From: Octopus vulgaris
Taxonomy: Eukaryota
DNA: 64,000 nucleotides
Reading direction: 5' to 3'
Assembly (NCBI GenBank): GCA_951406725.2
Contig: OX597828.1
Coordinates: 40,734,001 to 40,798,000 of the forward strand
Shown: positions 25,370 through 38,170 of the stretch, piece after piece
Layout of the letters: every line of letters begins with the position of its first letter
Numbering within the stretch: the stretch's first letter is position 1
The notes under the pieces: generated by a model
What the model was told of the DNA's origin: nothing
The model's input: the letters and a program-made list of their open reading frames with translations, nothing else
The model's database searches: none
Program-made: the position numbers and the translations under genes

Positions 25370-26115
25370 ACGAATTATGTACATATAGGTGTCCTCACCT
25401 TGTTTGTTGTTACGTTTTGGCTGATGCATTATCCAGCCTTCATCAGGTGTTCTGGTGGAATTTCAAACCCAACCTTTTATTTGACTAATGGGGTACTCTG
25501 TTCTCATTCCTAAGGTATTCTTTTTTGCTAGTTTTATTTTTTCTGTTGATGTTATTTCCCAAGTCCCTGCCTGGGATTGAACTCAGAATCTGAAGGTTAA
25601 TAGCCTGCGCTCTTATCCTATGCTATATGCCTGTAGGTAATTATAGAGTGAATTTTGGGGCTTATAAACCTAATATTATATCTTCTCTTAATACTGGTTC
25701 CCATATTACATTCTTATCTGCCCTAGGTCTGATTAGGCGGTTATCGTGTCCTAGCATATGTGTGTCCTCTTTTGATTTTCATGTTTTCCAGTGGAGTTCT
25801 CTATTATTTTAACTTCATCCCACAGGGACATGAGGGGATATTGAAAAATTGGGTATAGCTGATCATGTATGGAAAAATGGAGACCACCTCCTCCTGTGGA
25901 TATAAATATCGGTTGGGAAAAAAACTTAAGTCTTCTTCATGCTGATAGTCAGTCCAAATGTATCAGCTGCCACAGCAAACCCTGTAGTCAAATAAAGGGT
26001 TGGGTTTGAAATTTCATCAGAAAACCTGATGAAGGCTGGAGAGTACATCAGCTGAAAAGTTGTAACAACAAACAAGATGAGGACACCTATCTGTCCATTG
26101 TAAATAATAAGTCCT
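25370..26115 (+). mobile_element. Penelope-like element remnant: inverted pseudo-LTRs with degenerate hammerhead cores and a GIY-YIG fragment
   Basis: ~25385-25495 is inverted relative to ~25978-26092. The arms carry CCUGAUGAAGGCUGG...CAGCY(G/A)AAA. 25834-25902 translates GDIEKLGIADHVWKNGDHLLLWI, resembling the Penelope endonuclease S.IAEH.W..GH...W motif. Confidence 0.75.
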
Positions 26116-26229
26116 CTTGATGATGAATATCCAAAGCTACAAGTGCTTTTGGGAAACTTTCTCATCGTTTGTGGGATGAATGTGATGTTAGAAATTTTGT
26201 ATTTTGAGGACACTTTTGTACAGGACAGA

Positions 26230-26505
26230 AGTATAGATTCCCTGCTATAGAAATATAAAGGAACTTGAAACCTTTTACATGTGCCATCTGTGCAATATCT
26301 GCAATATAAAATGGCACAATAAGATATTAAAGGTCAAGATTTTAGAAAATTGTGATATCACCAGTATCAAAAGCATCCTATTGAGAATTCAGTGCAGATG
26401 GGTAGGACATGTTTGAATGAAAGATGATCACATTCCAAAAGTTCTTTTGTATGGCCAACAAGAAGAAGAATACTGCAGTAAAGGAATACTGCAGTAAAGG
26501 AAGGT
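26230..26505 (+). pseudogene. Decayed RTE-clade LINE ORF C-terminal fragment
   Basis: Translates LENCDITSIKSILLRIQCRWVGHV*MKDDHIPKVLLYGQ, the RTE QLRWxGHVxRM...PKxxLYG motif. Confidence 0.85.
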
Positions 26506-28614
26506 ATAACTATGAATTTTTGAAAATATTTAAATGTAATTTCTACAGTACTTTTTCTTGCCTTTCCTGTTACCAACCTTTGTTTTTTCAAGAAAGATTT
26601 CTATATTCAGAAAGTGCAGAGCAACATATCATAATAACATAAAATGTAAACATCACATCAGTTCACTTAGGCACTAACAAGCAAAACATGGAATGCTACA
26701 CACCACACACACGCGATGGGCTTCCATAATCTCCTTTTATCGATTCCAGTAACAAGGCAGCAATTAACCCGAAGTTGTAGTAGATGGTAACTAGAGGGAT
26801 GAATCTCTATGAGGTCGTTTGGCCTCCTTGAAATACCAGAGCCTTCAAGAAAAACACACACACACACAACCTAAAAGCTACATTAGATAACATAATCCTA
26901 AATATACACCCACCCCATCCACTCACATAGAAGAAAGAGATGGTCATGGCTGGAATGCCTTTGATCATAAAGGCTGTTGTTCAGGACAATTGACTTGGAG
27001 CTAAAACATCTCTTAAAATCACTGAATGAAAACTGTCACATCAGCTAAACTACTACAACTACTACTACTACACCACTTTAAGTACCAAATATGTTTTACA
27101 CATCTCCCAACAGGACCCCAAATAAAAATGTGTCATTGCCATCCAGAGAGATTTCATTACACTGACATTAAATTGTAGGAAAACATTTGAGATTCAGATA
27201 CACATTATAAGTAGTAAGACACTTGGAAACATTCCAGAGTGTGTTCTATAACAGCCTTGTATAATTTCTTAGCAGCTTTCTAAAAAGAAACACCCAGCAG
27301 AGAAGCTCTCTAGAGAATACGATTGTATAATTCGAGAAAAGGTTATTCTTGTTTGTTTACAAGTTTGAAAAAATACTTAATGCTTCCAGGCAAACACCGA
27401 GAATCGAAAACAACAAAAATATATTAATTTAAAAAGCAAACACAAATAAACTGCTTCACGTTTTAGACTTTTACAACTTGAACAGGGACAAGCCTGTAAC
27501 CAGGAGCAATTTACACTCAGCAGAAGGGGAGGAAGATTAAAAGCGAAAAAATTGTTTTCATCTTCTCTCAACTGAACAGTAGGTGGAAATGATAAATTTG
27601 GCACTGATGCTGTTGAAGAGTTGCATGCAAAAACTACGATGAGATCCCTATGTATGCCAGTGAAATGTCAATCAGTCCAAAAATTATACACATAGAAATC
27701 AATACAGCATCCATGAGTCACTAAGTTTTCTTCATCTATCCATCACGATATTAATGAAGTATATTGATTTGTTTCGTTGCATGTGTTCTTTCTTTCTTTC
27801 TTTCTTTCTGTCTGTATGTCTGACTGTCTTTCATCCTAACTAAACAACCAATGAGCAATACCGGAAATAATTAACTATTTTCAGAAATAAGCAATACTGA
27901 ACTGCAAACACCCCCAATTAACATTATCCAAACCTATTTAACTGACTAATAGATCAGCCAATAATAATAATTTCTTTATATTTGCCAAAGGGGCCTTGGA
28001 TGATTTATGCAGAAATCAAACGGTGGGGGTGGAGGTGGGGGGTAAATAAATTGGAAAAAAATGTATACATAGTACAAATGAATGGTGATGCTGGTCTTCT
28101 GGTACAGGAAAATCTCGGACAAGAGCCAATGAAGAAACCATACAAATCTACAGTCACTCTCACTTCCAACTACCAAACTACAACTTTTATTAACATTACC
28201 CTCCTTTTAACAAGTTTACTGGAGGAAACCATCTACCATTCCACCATCACATTCTTTTCCAAGTGGGGGAAAAAAATAATAATAATAATAATAATAATAA
28301 TTGCCATGATGCAGTGCCAGGTAGTGGCTTTCATGGTTTCTGATTTTAACTAATTGGAAGTGTTAATATGTATATGTTTTGCGTTGGTGTTAAGTTTTAT
28401 ATTTTTGTATTGGATATATAATATAACAAAGCAGTGGGGAAGAAGGTATATACATGATGCATTGCTACTGCACAAGACTCACCGTTCTATATCACAGGCT
28501 CACAGTAAACTGCTTCCAACAGGAACTGCCAATCGCACACAGTTCTTTGTTTTATAACAATGAGTCAGTCCACTTTCAGTCACTTGGGGGGTGGTTGGAA
28601 TCCTTCTACAGCAT

Positions 28615-29102
28615 AAAGGATGGGACTACAGCAAATATTCTGCTCAATACCAGATTTGCTTTTCAATTGCTTGACCTTAACCAGCTGAGCATGTCCCTTA
28701 GTGGCTGACGATATGTGCACCTCTGATCACAAGCAGCAGTAGTTGGGGAGCATCATAGCCATGTGTTGAGAAGAATTCTTTGGAGTTTGAATAATTCACC
28801 TCTGGAAACATGGATGTTATGTTTATCATCCTTAAACAACCCTTATTTAGGGACCTTTGAATAGGATGGGCCACTCAACCTGACGAAAATTCTAACTAGG
28901 ACCAACCTGCAAGGTCATGCACTGTTTTTCTTGATATGAGGTCACCATGTTGCACACATATGACTGTGATACATGAGCCTGGTTTACCATTATCAGATGG
29001 GAAGCCATGATGGGTATATTGAGCTTTGTATATCTGTAACCCAGTGACACTTTGATGGCATGTGTTGCTCAATCATTCAGTAATAATAATAATAATAATA
29101 AT
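28615..29102 (+). mobile_element. Probable 3' end of a non-LTR retroelement with a (TAA)n tail
   Basis: A block more GC-rich than its flanks that ends in (TAA)n. The family assignment is tentative. Confidence 0.35.
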
Positions 29103-31409
29103 GCTTCTGCTTTAGGCACAAGATCTGCAATTTTGAAGAGAGTGAGTAAACTGACTACACTAACCCCAGTATTTGACTGGTACTTTGTTTTGTTTTGTTT
29201 TTTTACCCTGAAATCATAACACCTTGTGTTTTCCTCAAAACATCTTCAACACAAATATCACTAATGACTATAAGTTTGAAACACTAAATTTTAAAGAAGC
29301 AAGAATCCAATTTTTGTAGGGTATGGGCACTGTTGATTTTATTGATTCCATACACAACTGGTAATTTATTTTTATTTTATCAACTTCAGAGCTTAGAATA
29401 AATGACACGGGCTCCAATTGGATTTGAAATCAGAACTCAATAGGTAAAAATTAAATACTCTTAAGTCATTTAGTCCTCTTGCACTTCATTATTCTTATTA
29501 ACTTTTCAAGCCTCCAGGTAGATGTTTACAAACTAGACTTCACTAAAATTTCTTGCATAAACTAAAAATGTTAGCATTTCTGTAATAATGGCCAGATATT
29601 ATAACTGTTTACATCAAGTAATTTTGTTCAAACATAAAGAATCCTTAAAGTACAGCTAAGCTTTCTAGTTTGTAATGGTATTTTGAAGAAACAAAAGTTG
29701 TTGGTCATAAGTATTAGAGGGTTAAAGGCTTACATTAATTATGCCAATTTCCAGAGGTAGATCTAGGGAAAATATATGAAATAAATACAAAATCTCTCAA
29801 CTAAGTTTCTGAAATCAATTTTAACAAAGTGCAGCCTAGATCCACAACTGGAAGAATATTTTAGGCTCAGCTAATTGCTACAGTAATTTTAGATGAATCA
29901 CAAGTAATGTCTAAGATAATTATCAAGTAATTGAGAAGGTACTAAAAGAGCTTCAATTTGTTATTTTATACAGACACAACATGAAGATGGGTTTGGTTTA
30001 GAGCATATATATGATCATTAAGTTGCAGGTTCAATTAAGCCCTAGAGCAAGCCATTTCATTTCACATCGTTCCAGTTCACTCAACTGAAAATGAGTAACC
30101 AGCAGCAACTTGGGAGTTAACCCAATTATGATATATAGGGATCTCATTCAGAAGAGAGAGGAGTTTTGTACTCTCAGTTGTTTAAAGAGAACAGAAACCA
30201 AAACAAGTTCTGGCCTCATGAACCTGCAGGCTCAAGATACACTAAAATTCTAATGCAAACAATTTTCATGCAGTAATTTAAAATGCAAAAACTGAAAAAG
30301 TTGCCATAATAAGGGAAATTCCAATGCGTGACTATAATCATGGAATAAAGAGACAAAATCATTGCCCTGAATGTACACAAGAATACTCTGTGTGACTGTG
30401 ACTGTGTGTGTAAGCACATATCAGATTTGTTGTTAAAAGACACAAGTATTTTACAAAAAATTTGTTGAGACCAAGAAAAAGCTAAAAAAAAAAAAAGAAA
30501 AAGAAATAATTTCCGTACAACCTAAATTAAAACAAAAAGCACTTGTCCTCTAAGCAACAAGCATTCACAGCATGAGATAGCTTCATGCCTCAGCAATATC
30601 AACCCATTAGCATTTAAACCAGCCATATCTGGTTCAAATATTCTACCTGCTTTATGTTGAAATTGGCCAGATTGGGTATCTCATACCTATCCTGCAATGC
30701 CATTCTAAAAAAAATACACAATCACATCATCAAAAGCTATGAGATAAAGCACAATTATTTCAAAGCAATATGAGTAAATAAGCATTACATTTGACAGAGT
30801 AACCTGAATGTTAAAGCATTAAATATTCAAATTATACTAAGTTAAATACTACAGACTGTTGCAGTAAATAGTGTAAACAAGTTAATCAGTTCATGGTTTA
30901 GTGGTTTTTAGCTCATTATCCTCAATGTGGTGTCCTTGACAATGTCAGTGAAATCTCAGTGATTTAATTGTATCTAATGAATCATGAGGGGGAAAAGAAG
31001 TGGTAGTACACTGTTGCTGTTTTTAGCTCAAGGACATCCTTGATTGTGTAGACCTATGATCAAAGGCATTCCAGCTGTGACCATCCCATTTTTGTTAGCA
31101 GTATTTAGGACTACAATAGTCAATATGCCCTTTCTTTACTGTTTTTTCTTTCGTTTTTATTTTTGGATTGTAAGAAATACAGGAGATTCAACTGCTATTT
31201 CCAGCAATCTAAACAACAGCATAGAGGCTGCAAGATTGGTGGGTGGAGCTACATAATTAGTGACTTGACAGCTTTTAGTGGAGCAAGCATACTCCAGAGA
31301 ACTGTCCCAGAGACTCACTATGTTAGGTTTGAAACCTTCAGTAGTGTTTCAACACCTCTAATGGATTAAATATGGTATTATCTACCCAAAAGGGGGATCA
31401 AGAAAGATA

Positions 31410-31627
31410 TTGAAGACAGAAACAAGCACACGTGGGAGAGAGAGAGGGAAAGTGAGAGCTGCATCGAGAAAATAGAATCAATAGAGAGAATGAGAGAGGG
31501 GGAGATAGAGGCAGCGAAAGGAATGGATGGACGGATGGATGGATGGAGGGAAAGAGAGTTGTACAGAAAGGCATAATAAAATCAAAAGAAAAAAAGAGAG
31601 TTGTATAGACAGACAATAATACAATCA

Positions 31628-31666
<39 letters not shown>

Positions 31667-31960
31667 CACAGTGTGTGTGTGTTGTATATACAGACACAAA
31701 AGGAGAGAGAATGTATGTGTGTGTGTGTGTTGCATATACAAACACAAAAGAAGACAGACAGGCAGTCTGTGTAAGAGAGAGTGTTTGTGAGCATAAAAAG
31801 TGCTTTGTGTATGTATAATCAAAGTAAACAAACAGTAAAATAAAAAAAAAACACAACACAAAATAAAACAAGCAAAATAAATATAAACAAAGTGAAAATA
31901 ACAAAAGAAAACCTTTTTTTTTTAAAAAACAAAACAACATCTGAAACAAAAAAAAACCCA
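31410..31960. repeat. Compound purine-rich/microsatellite low-complexity region (GA, GATG, TG, A-rich)
   Basis: Visible directly. It generates the spurious 190-aa ORF. Confidence 0.9.
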
Positions 31961-33094
31961 ACTTTTGCACCTATTTCACATCATCCACACATCTAGCTAC
32001 TATTGCAAAAACATTGGTGGTTGACATTTCACTACCTTGTACTGAGTTAAATCACCTTTACCAGTGGCAAAGTCATTAATCGGATGGAGCAAGAGGTGGG
32101 TGGGAGAGGGAGAGAAACATGATAATGTGACCTTAATGGTAGTGAAAGAACAATCATGATTTAGCAGTGACCTTGTTATGCTTTTCTCTGGTTCATTCCA
32201 ATTACAGCCCAGATTTGAATGTTAATTAACCCACATCGCCAATGTCACCTGCCCTAAGTTATGTTTTGTACAAGTCAAAATCATTGATGAAGGAAAGCTG
32301 AAGTCTTAATTATCCAAAAGTGAAAAGATGACATCCAATAAACAAAAATAAGAAATAAAAATACCATGGACAAAGATTGAGTTTAGAATTCCAGGTACAC
32401 AATTTGCAACAAAGAATTCTGAGCTTTCAAACCTCTAAACCATCATCATCATCACCATCATCTTCATCACCACCACTAACAGCATCATTGTTTTAAGGTC
32501 TACTTTTCCATGTTTGCACAGGCCAAATGAAATTCAATGAGGCAGATGTTCCACAACCAGATGCTCTTCCTGTTGCCTACCTTCACCGGTTTCCTAGCAA
32601 GGTTAATATTTCCCCTACTCCTTTGAACATGAAGAGCACAGTGGTTGGACATGCATTCACTGAAGACTGCAAATGAACACCACCACTTGGATGACCAAGT
32701 CAGTGGTTTGCAATTAGCACACAATGCCAAGACAAGGAGACAAACATACACATACAATGAGCTTCTTTCAATTTCTGTCTACAGAATCCACCCACAAGGC
32801 TTTGGTTGGCCCAGAGCTTTAGTAGAAGATATTCACCCAAAGTACTATACAGTGGGACTGAACCTAAAACCATGTAGTTCTGAAGTGAGTTTCTTAACCA
32901 CATACCCATGATATTCATAAATTGAGCTTAACTTTTTGCATAAATTATTTGCCGATAATTATGCAACAACTGTCAGCTGTTGCGGTTGCTTGAATGCAAT
33001 AATAAACATAAAGAAAGTCTTAACACTAATTCATGCTTTTAATTTGGTTGTTTTCCTTCTATAAGAGCATATGTAGTATTTGAAACATCCAGAA

Positions 33095-33475
33095 GTAAGT
33101 AAGAAGTTTGCTTCCCAATCACATGGTTCCAGGTTCAGTCCCACTGAACAATGGCACCTTGGGCAAGTGTCTTCTACTATAGCTCCACCTGATTAAAGCC
33201 TTGTCAGTGAATTTGGTAGATAGAAACTGAAAGACACCCATCATATATTGAGTGCCTTTTTTTATTTGTCACTCACCACTGCTTGACAACTAATCTTGGT
33301 TTGTTTACATCCCTGTAACATAGCAGTTTGGCAAAAGAGACAATAGAATATGTACCAGACTTTAAATATATATATATATAAACAAAATACTGGTGTTGAT
33401 TTGTACAACTAATTTCTTCAAGGTGGTGCCCCAGCATGGCCACATTCCAATGAATGAAACCAAGTGATAGATGAA
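33095..33475 (+). mobile_element. Family-A tRNA-SINE
   Basis: Head aagaagtttgcttccca...ggcaccttgggcaagtgtcttctactatagc and tail ggtggtgccccagcatggcc. Confidence 0.8.
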
Positions 33476-34719
33476 AGAAGAATTGTTAATGATAGACATT
33501 ACAGGATAAAGGTTTGATATTTCTCCATCTGCTAGTAACCATGTATGAAATCCACTCAGAAGGCTTTCGTTGGACCAGGCTATAGTAGAAGACACTTACC
33601 AGCATGGAAAAAGGGACATCAAATGATGATGATGATGATGATATGAATGGTGATTTAGGATGTTTTATGACTTATGATGCAGAGTGAATAGAGCATGGCT
33701 CATCATCACCATCCTAATAATAACATCCACTTTGCCATGATTGCATGGGTCAGACAGCATCTTATTGAGGCAGATATTCTATGGCTGGATGCCTTTCTTG
33801 TTGCTAACTGCACCCGTTTCCAAGCAAAATAATATTTCTCCATGTCCAAAAAAGAATATTGGAAATTAATATCACAGCATGTATGACAGTGACACTCCTT
33901 TACAGCTACCATGCTATGCCAAGGCAAGAAGACACAAACACACACGGCAGACATCATTCAGTTTCCATCAATGAAATCCACTCAAGGATTTCACTGGACC
34001 AAGCTATAGGAGAAGATGCTTCCCCCAAGGTGTCACACAGTGGGACCGAACTAAAAAACCATGTGGTCAAGAAGCAAACTTCTTACCACACAGCCATGCC
34101 TATGGATTATAATTAAATAGCAATATGGACAGAGCATTAATCTCTGGATTAAGACACTATAATCAGCAGAGCTTAAGGAGCCTAGTGATGATCTGCATTA
34201 GGAAGAGACAACAGAATAGAAGATAAAATAGAAGCATATTAAGTATCTGTAAGAAGAAATATCTTAGATTTCAGGTACAGTTTTAATTTCATTTCTTTCT
34301 GATGAAAGAGTTTTACCTGAAATACTAAGCTACTTTTATCATTTTACAGCAACCTAATACCACATCTTTTTCTAGGATTCTGCATCTATTGTATCAGCTA
34401 AATTACGCTGCTCTACTTGTGTTCAGTCAAAGTCGGAGAATAACTGTCACATCCATTTCAATGATTACAGGAGAATAAAAATAGAAATCTGCTTCCAAAT
34501 CTAGTTCAAGTTTCTCAATGTATTTATCCAAAACTGAAAGATCTTTTGAATGAGATTAGCATTGAAAATATCAAAAAAGACAGAAAAAAAACAAAAGCAC
34601 CATAAACAATTCAATGTCTATGAAGACAAACTCACAGAGATCAGCTTGGTTCTCTCAGCTGCAATGTTTGCATCAGTGGTTATTTGCTTTTTTATTTTTT
34701 ATTTTTTTACAATATTACC

Positions 34720-35095
34720 TATTTCAGTCATTAGACTGCAGCCATACTGGAGCATCACCTTGAGGAATTTCAGTCAAGTGAATCAACCGCAATACATTTT
34801 TCTTTTCAGCCTGGCATATATGCTATCAGCCTCTTTTGCTAAACCACTAAGTTACAGATACATAAACACACCAACATCGGTTGTCAAGCAGTGGTGGGGG
34901 ACAAACACAGACACACACATGTATATATACAACAGGCTTCACTCAGTTTCTGTCAACCAAATCCACTCACAAGGATTTGGTTGGCCTGAAGTTGTAGCAG
35001 AAAACACTTGCCAAAGGTACTACTATACAACAGGACTGAACACAGAACCATGTGCTTGGGAAGCAAACTTGTTACCACACAGCCATGCCTGCACC
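34720..35095 (-). mobile_element. Family-A tRNA-SINE (source of the 183-aa ORF 34550-35101)
   Basis: Reverse-complement match to 63250-63650. Confidence 0.8.
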
Positions 35096-35769
35096 TTTTG
35101 ACATTAAATGACAATGCCAAATGATACTCTAAAATGCTGGTCTATAACCCAGGGCTCACATGTTAATATCTTATTACAGTCATATACACACACACACATA
35201 TGAAGGCATATGTCCTAGGGGTTAGAGTGTTGCACTCATGATCACTAGATTGTGGGTTCCATTCCCAGACCAAGCAGCACATTGTGTTCTTGAGCAAAAC
35301 ACTTCATTTCACATTGCTCCAGTTCACTCAGCTGTAAATAGGTGACCTGAGACAGAATAACCTTCCGATCAGGAGGAATGTTGGCCTGCTCACCCAGCAA
35401 GCAGGGTGGCATCATCTAGAAGTTGAAACAATGCAAGGCGCACTGTGATCAGCAATGTATAACATCTGATAGTTTAGTTAAAACTATATATATATATATA
35501 TATATATATTATATTCAGAGTTGCTGCTCTCCTTGATAATTGCTGGAGAGTCTAATATCCTAGCCAGGTTGCCTTCACTACTGCCATGGGACTACATCCA
35601 AAATGCTGTAAAAGGGCGCTCACAGATAGTGACTGAAGAGAGGTACTTATAGGTTGAAGAGTTTATTTAGAACGTCTGAATTCTTAGACTGGTTGCACTT
35701 CAAGAGACATCTGTGCAGCTACTAAGGGTGCACACAGTTTGTTAGGGGGAGGTGGGGCTTAAAGTAGAC

Positions 35770-36980
35770 TGTGATAAATAAATCTTGTTTATCATAATTG
35801 GCTGTCTGCTGGCTGTTCAGCAAACTAGGTATAGACAAATGGCTTGTGAAAAATGCTGTCAGTAAGGTAGAAGTTAGCAATAAGTTCAGCAAGGAATTTA
35901 GCATGCAGGTAGGAGTCCATCAAAGCTCAGTTCTCACCCCGCTCCCCTTAAATTATAGTCCCACAAGCCATAACAGCAGAATTATGGTGGAATCTCCTGT
36001 ATGCTGATGCCCTAGTTTTCAAAGCTGAATTTGTTGATGAGTTAACAAGAAATTCCAAATGTGGAAGCAAAGCCTATCATCTTAAAGTAAACTTAACAAA
36101 GACAAACATTTTAGTTAGTAAAATGGAAGACAGGTCTCTACTGCTGTACAGGAAATAGCCATGCTTAATAAGCAGAAAATAAATAGGATGGCATACCCAG
36201 TTTTAACTAGGGTTGCATTAGAGGTGCATTGAGATCACAGGCAGTTTCACTAAGAATAAGGACTTCATATGTAGCAAATACACAGGAGTAATTAGCAGTA
36301 AGAGCATTTATAAAATATTCTTTCAAATACTCAGAGGGCTCCTTAGAACAAGGTAATAGTTTTGTTAACCAGGTGACTTAATTTGCAGTGAAGAAAAGTG
36401 TTCCAAAAGCATCCAAATTAAAAATGGAGTAGCAAATTTTAGGGTGCTCCTCTACTAGCAGAAAAGATACTCACTCACTCTCTGAGTGAAGAGCAGATTG
36501 TATGATCCACTGAGTGAAGGGCAGATTGTGTGATAGCCTGAAGTAGAATGTTGTATGGTAGCAAAACATGGATATAGCATGTGGAGGTGAGCAAAGACTG
36601 GAAGAAAATGAGGTGAGAAAACTCTGTGTGGTGTGTAACATTAATGTCTATGAATGACAGAGTCCAAATGAGCTAAAACCAAAACTGAAAATAAGAGGAA
36701 TACACAGTGTGCAAGAAAAGGATACTGTACTAATATGGGAATGAGATGCATATAGAGGATGAGAATTGAGTAAATAAGAATCAAACAATCCAAGATGAGG
36801 GAATTTTGGAAGAGGAAGAACAAGGAGTGAGGATAGAAGTGATGTTAGCTGGCCTGAGAAGGTTGGGCCTTACACAGGGGATTATAAACACACAAGGGAC
36901 AAGATGCAGTGCTGGAGAAAAGACTTGTCCAACCCAAACAAGAATGAAGAAAGGGAAGTATGATGATGATGATGATGACA
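35770..36980 (+). pseudogene. Decayed RTE-clade LINE, from the reverse transcriptase to the 3' end with a (GAT)n tail
   Basis: Contains SKEFSMQVGVHQSSVLTPL (compare VGVHQGSVLSP) and LLYADALV (compare YADD). Many stops and frameshifts. Ends ccaacccaaacaagaatg...(gat)n. Confidence 0.85.
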
Positions 36981-37834
36981 ACAACAATGCAATTTCCTGA
37001 TATCAACCAGAAATGGATGTAACTAAAATAAAATAAAAAAACTCTACATGCAGTTCTTGGAAAATTTTAAAATAAAATATAACAGAAATAAAACTTCAAA
37101 GATAATAGGGCTGCATACTCACAAAGTAAAACAGAGATTTTTTTCTTCTCTCTCTCTGGAGAGAGCGAAAGAGAGAGAATAGAAAGCCAGAGCAAGATCA
37201 GTTTTCAATAGTTGATGAGAATAATCATTTAGAGACATCACCATTTATTTATCTTTCTATGAGAAAAAAAAAAAAAAGGATTTGATTTCAACATTGTCAG
37301 TTTCCAGTTTGATCTTTTACTAGGGAGTTGTTACATGTCTGTACTAACATGTAACATCAGACATGTCAGATGATTCAGAGGCATTTTGATTGTATAATGC
37401 AATACTGATGACAGTGGCTGCCAGTTCCCATTACATTTCTTCAATGACCATGGGACTGTTCAGTGGAAAAACCTCCTGGACATGCACTACTAAAAGGCAC
37501 AGAACCTCCAAAGGACCAGTAGTTTATCCAAACAAAACATCAGTATAGCTGATACTATCAATATAAGTTCACTGCGTATCACCATCCACCTCACCTGTCA
37601 ATTCGCACTTACCAATTTGTAAAGCTATTATCAATTCATACATTCCACAAAGAACCTCTTGTAATATGCTGCTCTAGTTTTCACCAAAAATAACTGATGG
37701 AAGCACAAAGACATTTGTAGCAGCAGAGGCATCTCAGTTTCCCAAAGAGAAGAATAGTAACATTCTATTATGTCTTTACTTCTCAAATCTCTCTCTCTTT
37801 CTCTCTCCAAGAAAACATGAAACTTGTGGTCATT

Positions 37835-38170
37835 TTAAAATTTGCAAACCTTAAGAGACAGAGGAGTTGAGGAAAGTGAAAATACTGTCAACCTAGATAC
37901 GAACATCCTGAAGCTTAATATCATTTGCCTCCAATTGCAAAGCCTTAATCAAATATGGGAGAGCTGGCATAGAAATAAATTAGACAATTGTTTCTCAAGT
38001 GTGAATAACGATATAGTAAATTAACACCTGTAATACTCAGTCTATACCTGATATCAATACACCATCAAAGAAGTCAATGTTACTGGTAAACAGATCAATG
38101 AGTAAAAGGTAACTAGATGAAAATGGGACAATTATAGAATTGTTACTCTTTATATCCCAACTGTAGAAAG
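37835..38170 (+). pseudogene. Possible decayed LINE AP-endonuclease fragment
   Basis: LNIICLQ (compare DIICLQE) and IVTLYIPT (compare I.S.YAPT) occur in degraded frames. Confidence 0.3.

Noticed and set aside
31398-31970. 190-aa ORF and other long ORFs (52745-53209, 53598-54146, 62471-62935)
   Set aside because: These are translations of microsatellites, minisatellites and low-complexity tracts.
34550-35101. 183-aa ORF and the recurring peptides such as RLLSVSVYQIHSQ
   Set aside because: They are antisense translations of family-A SINEs, not a protein family.
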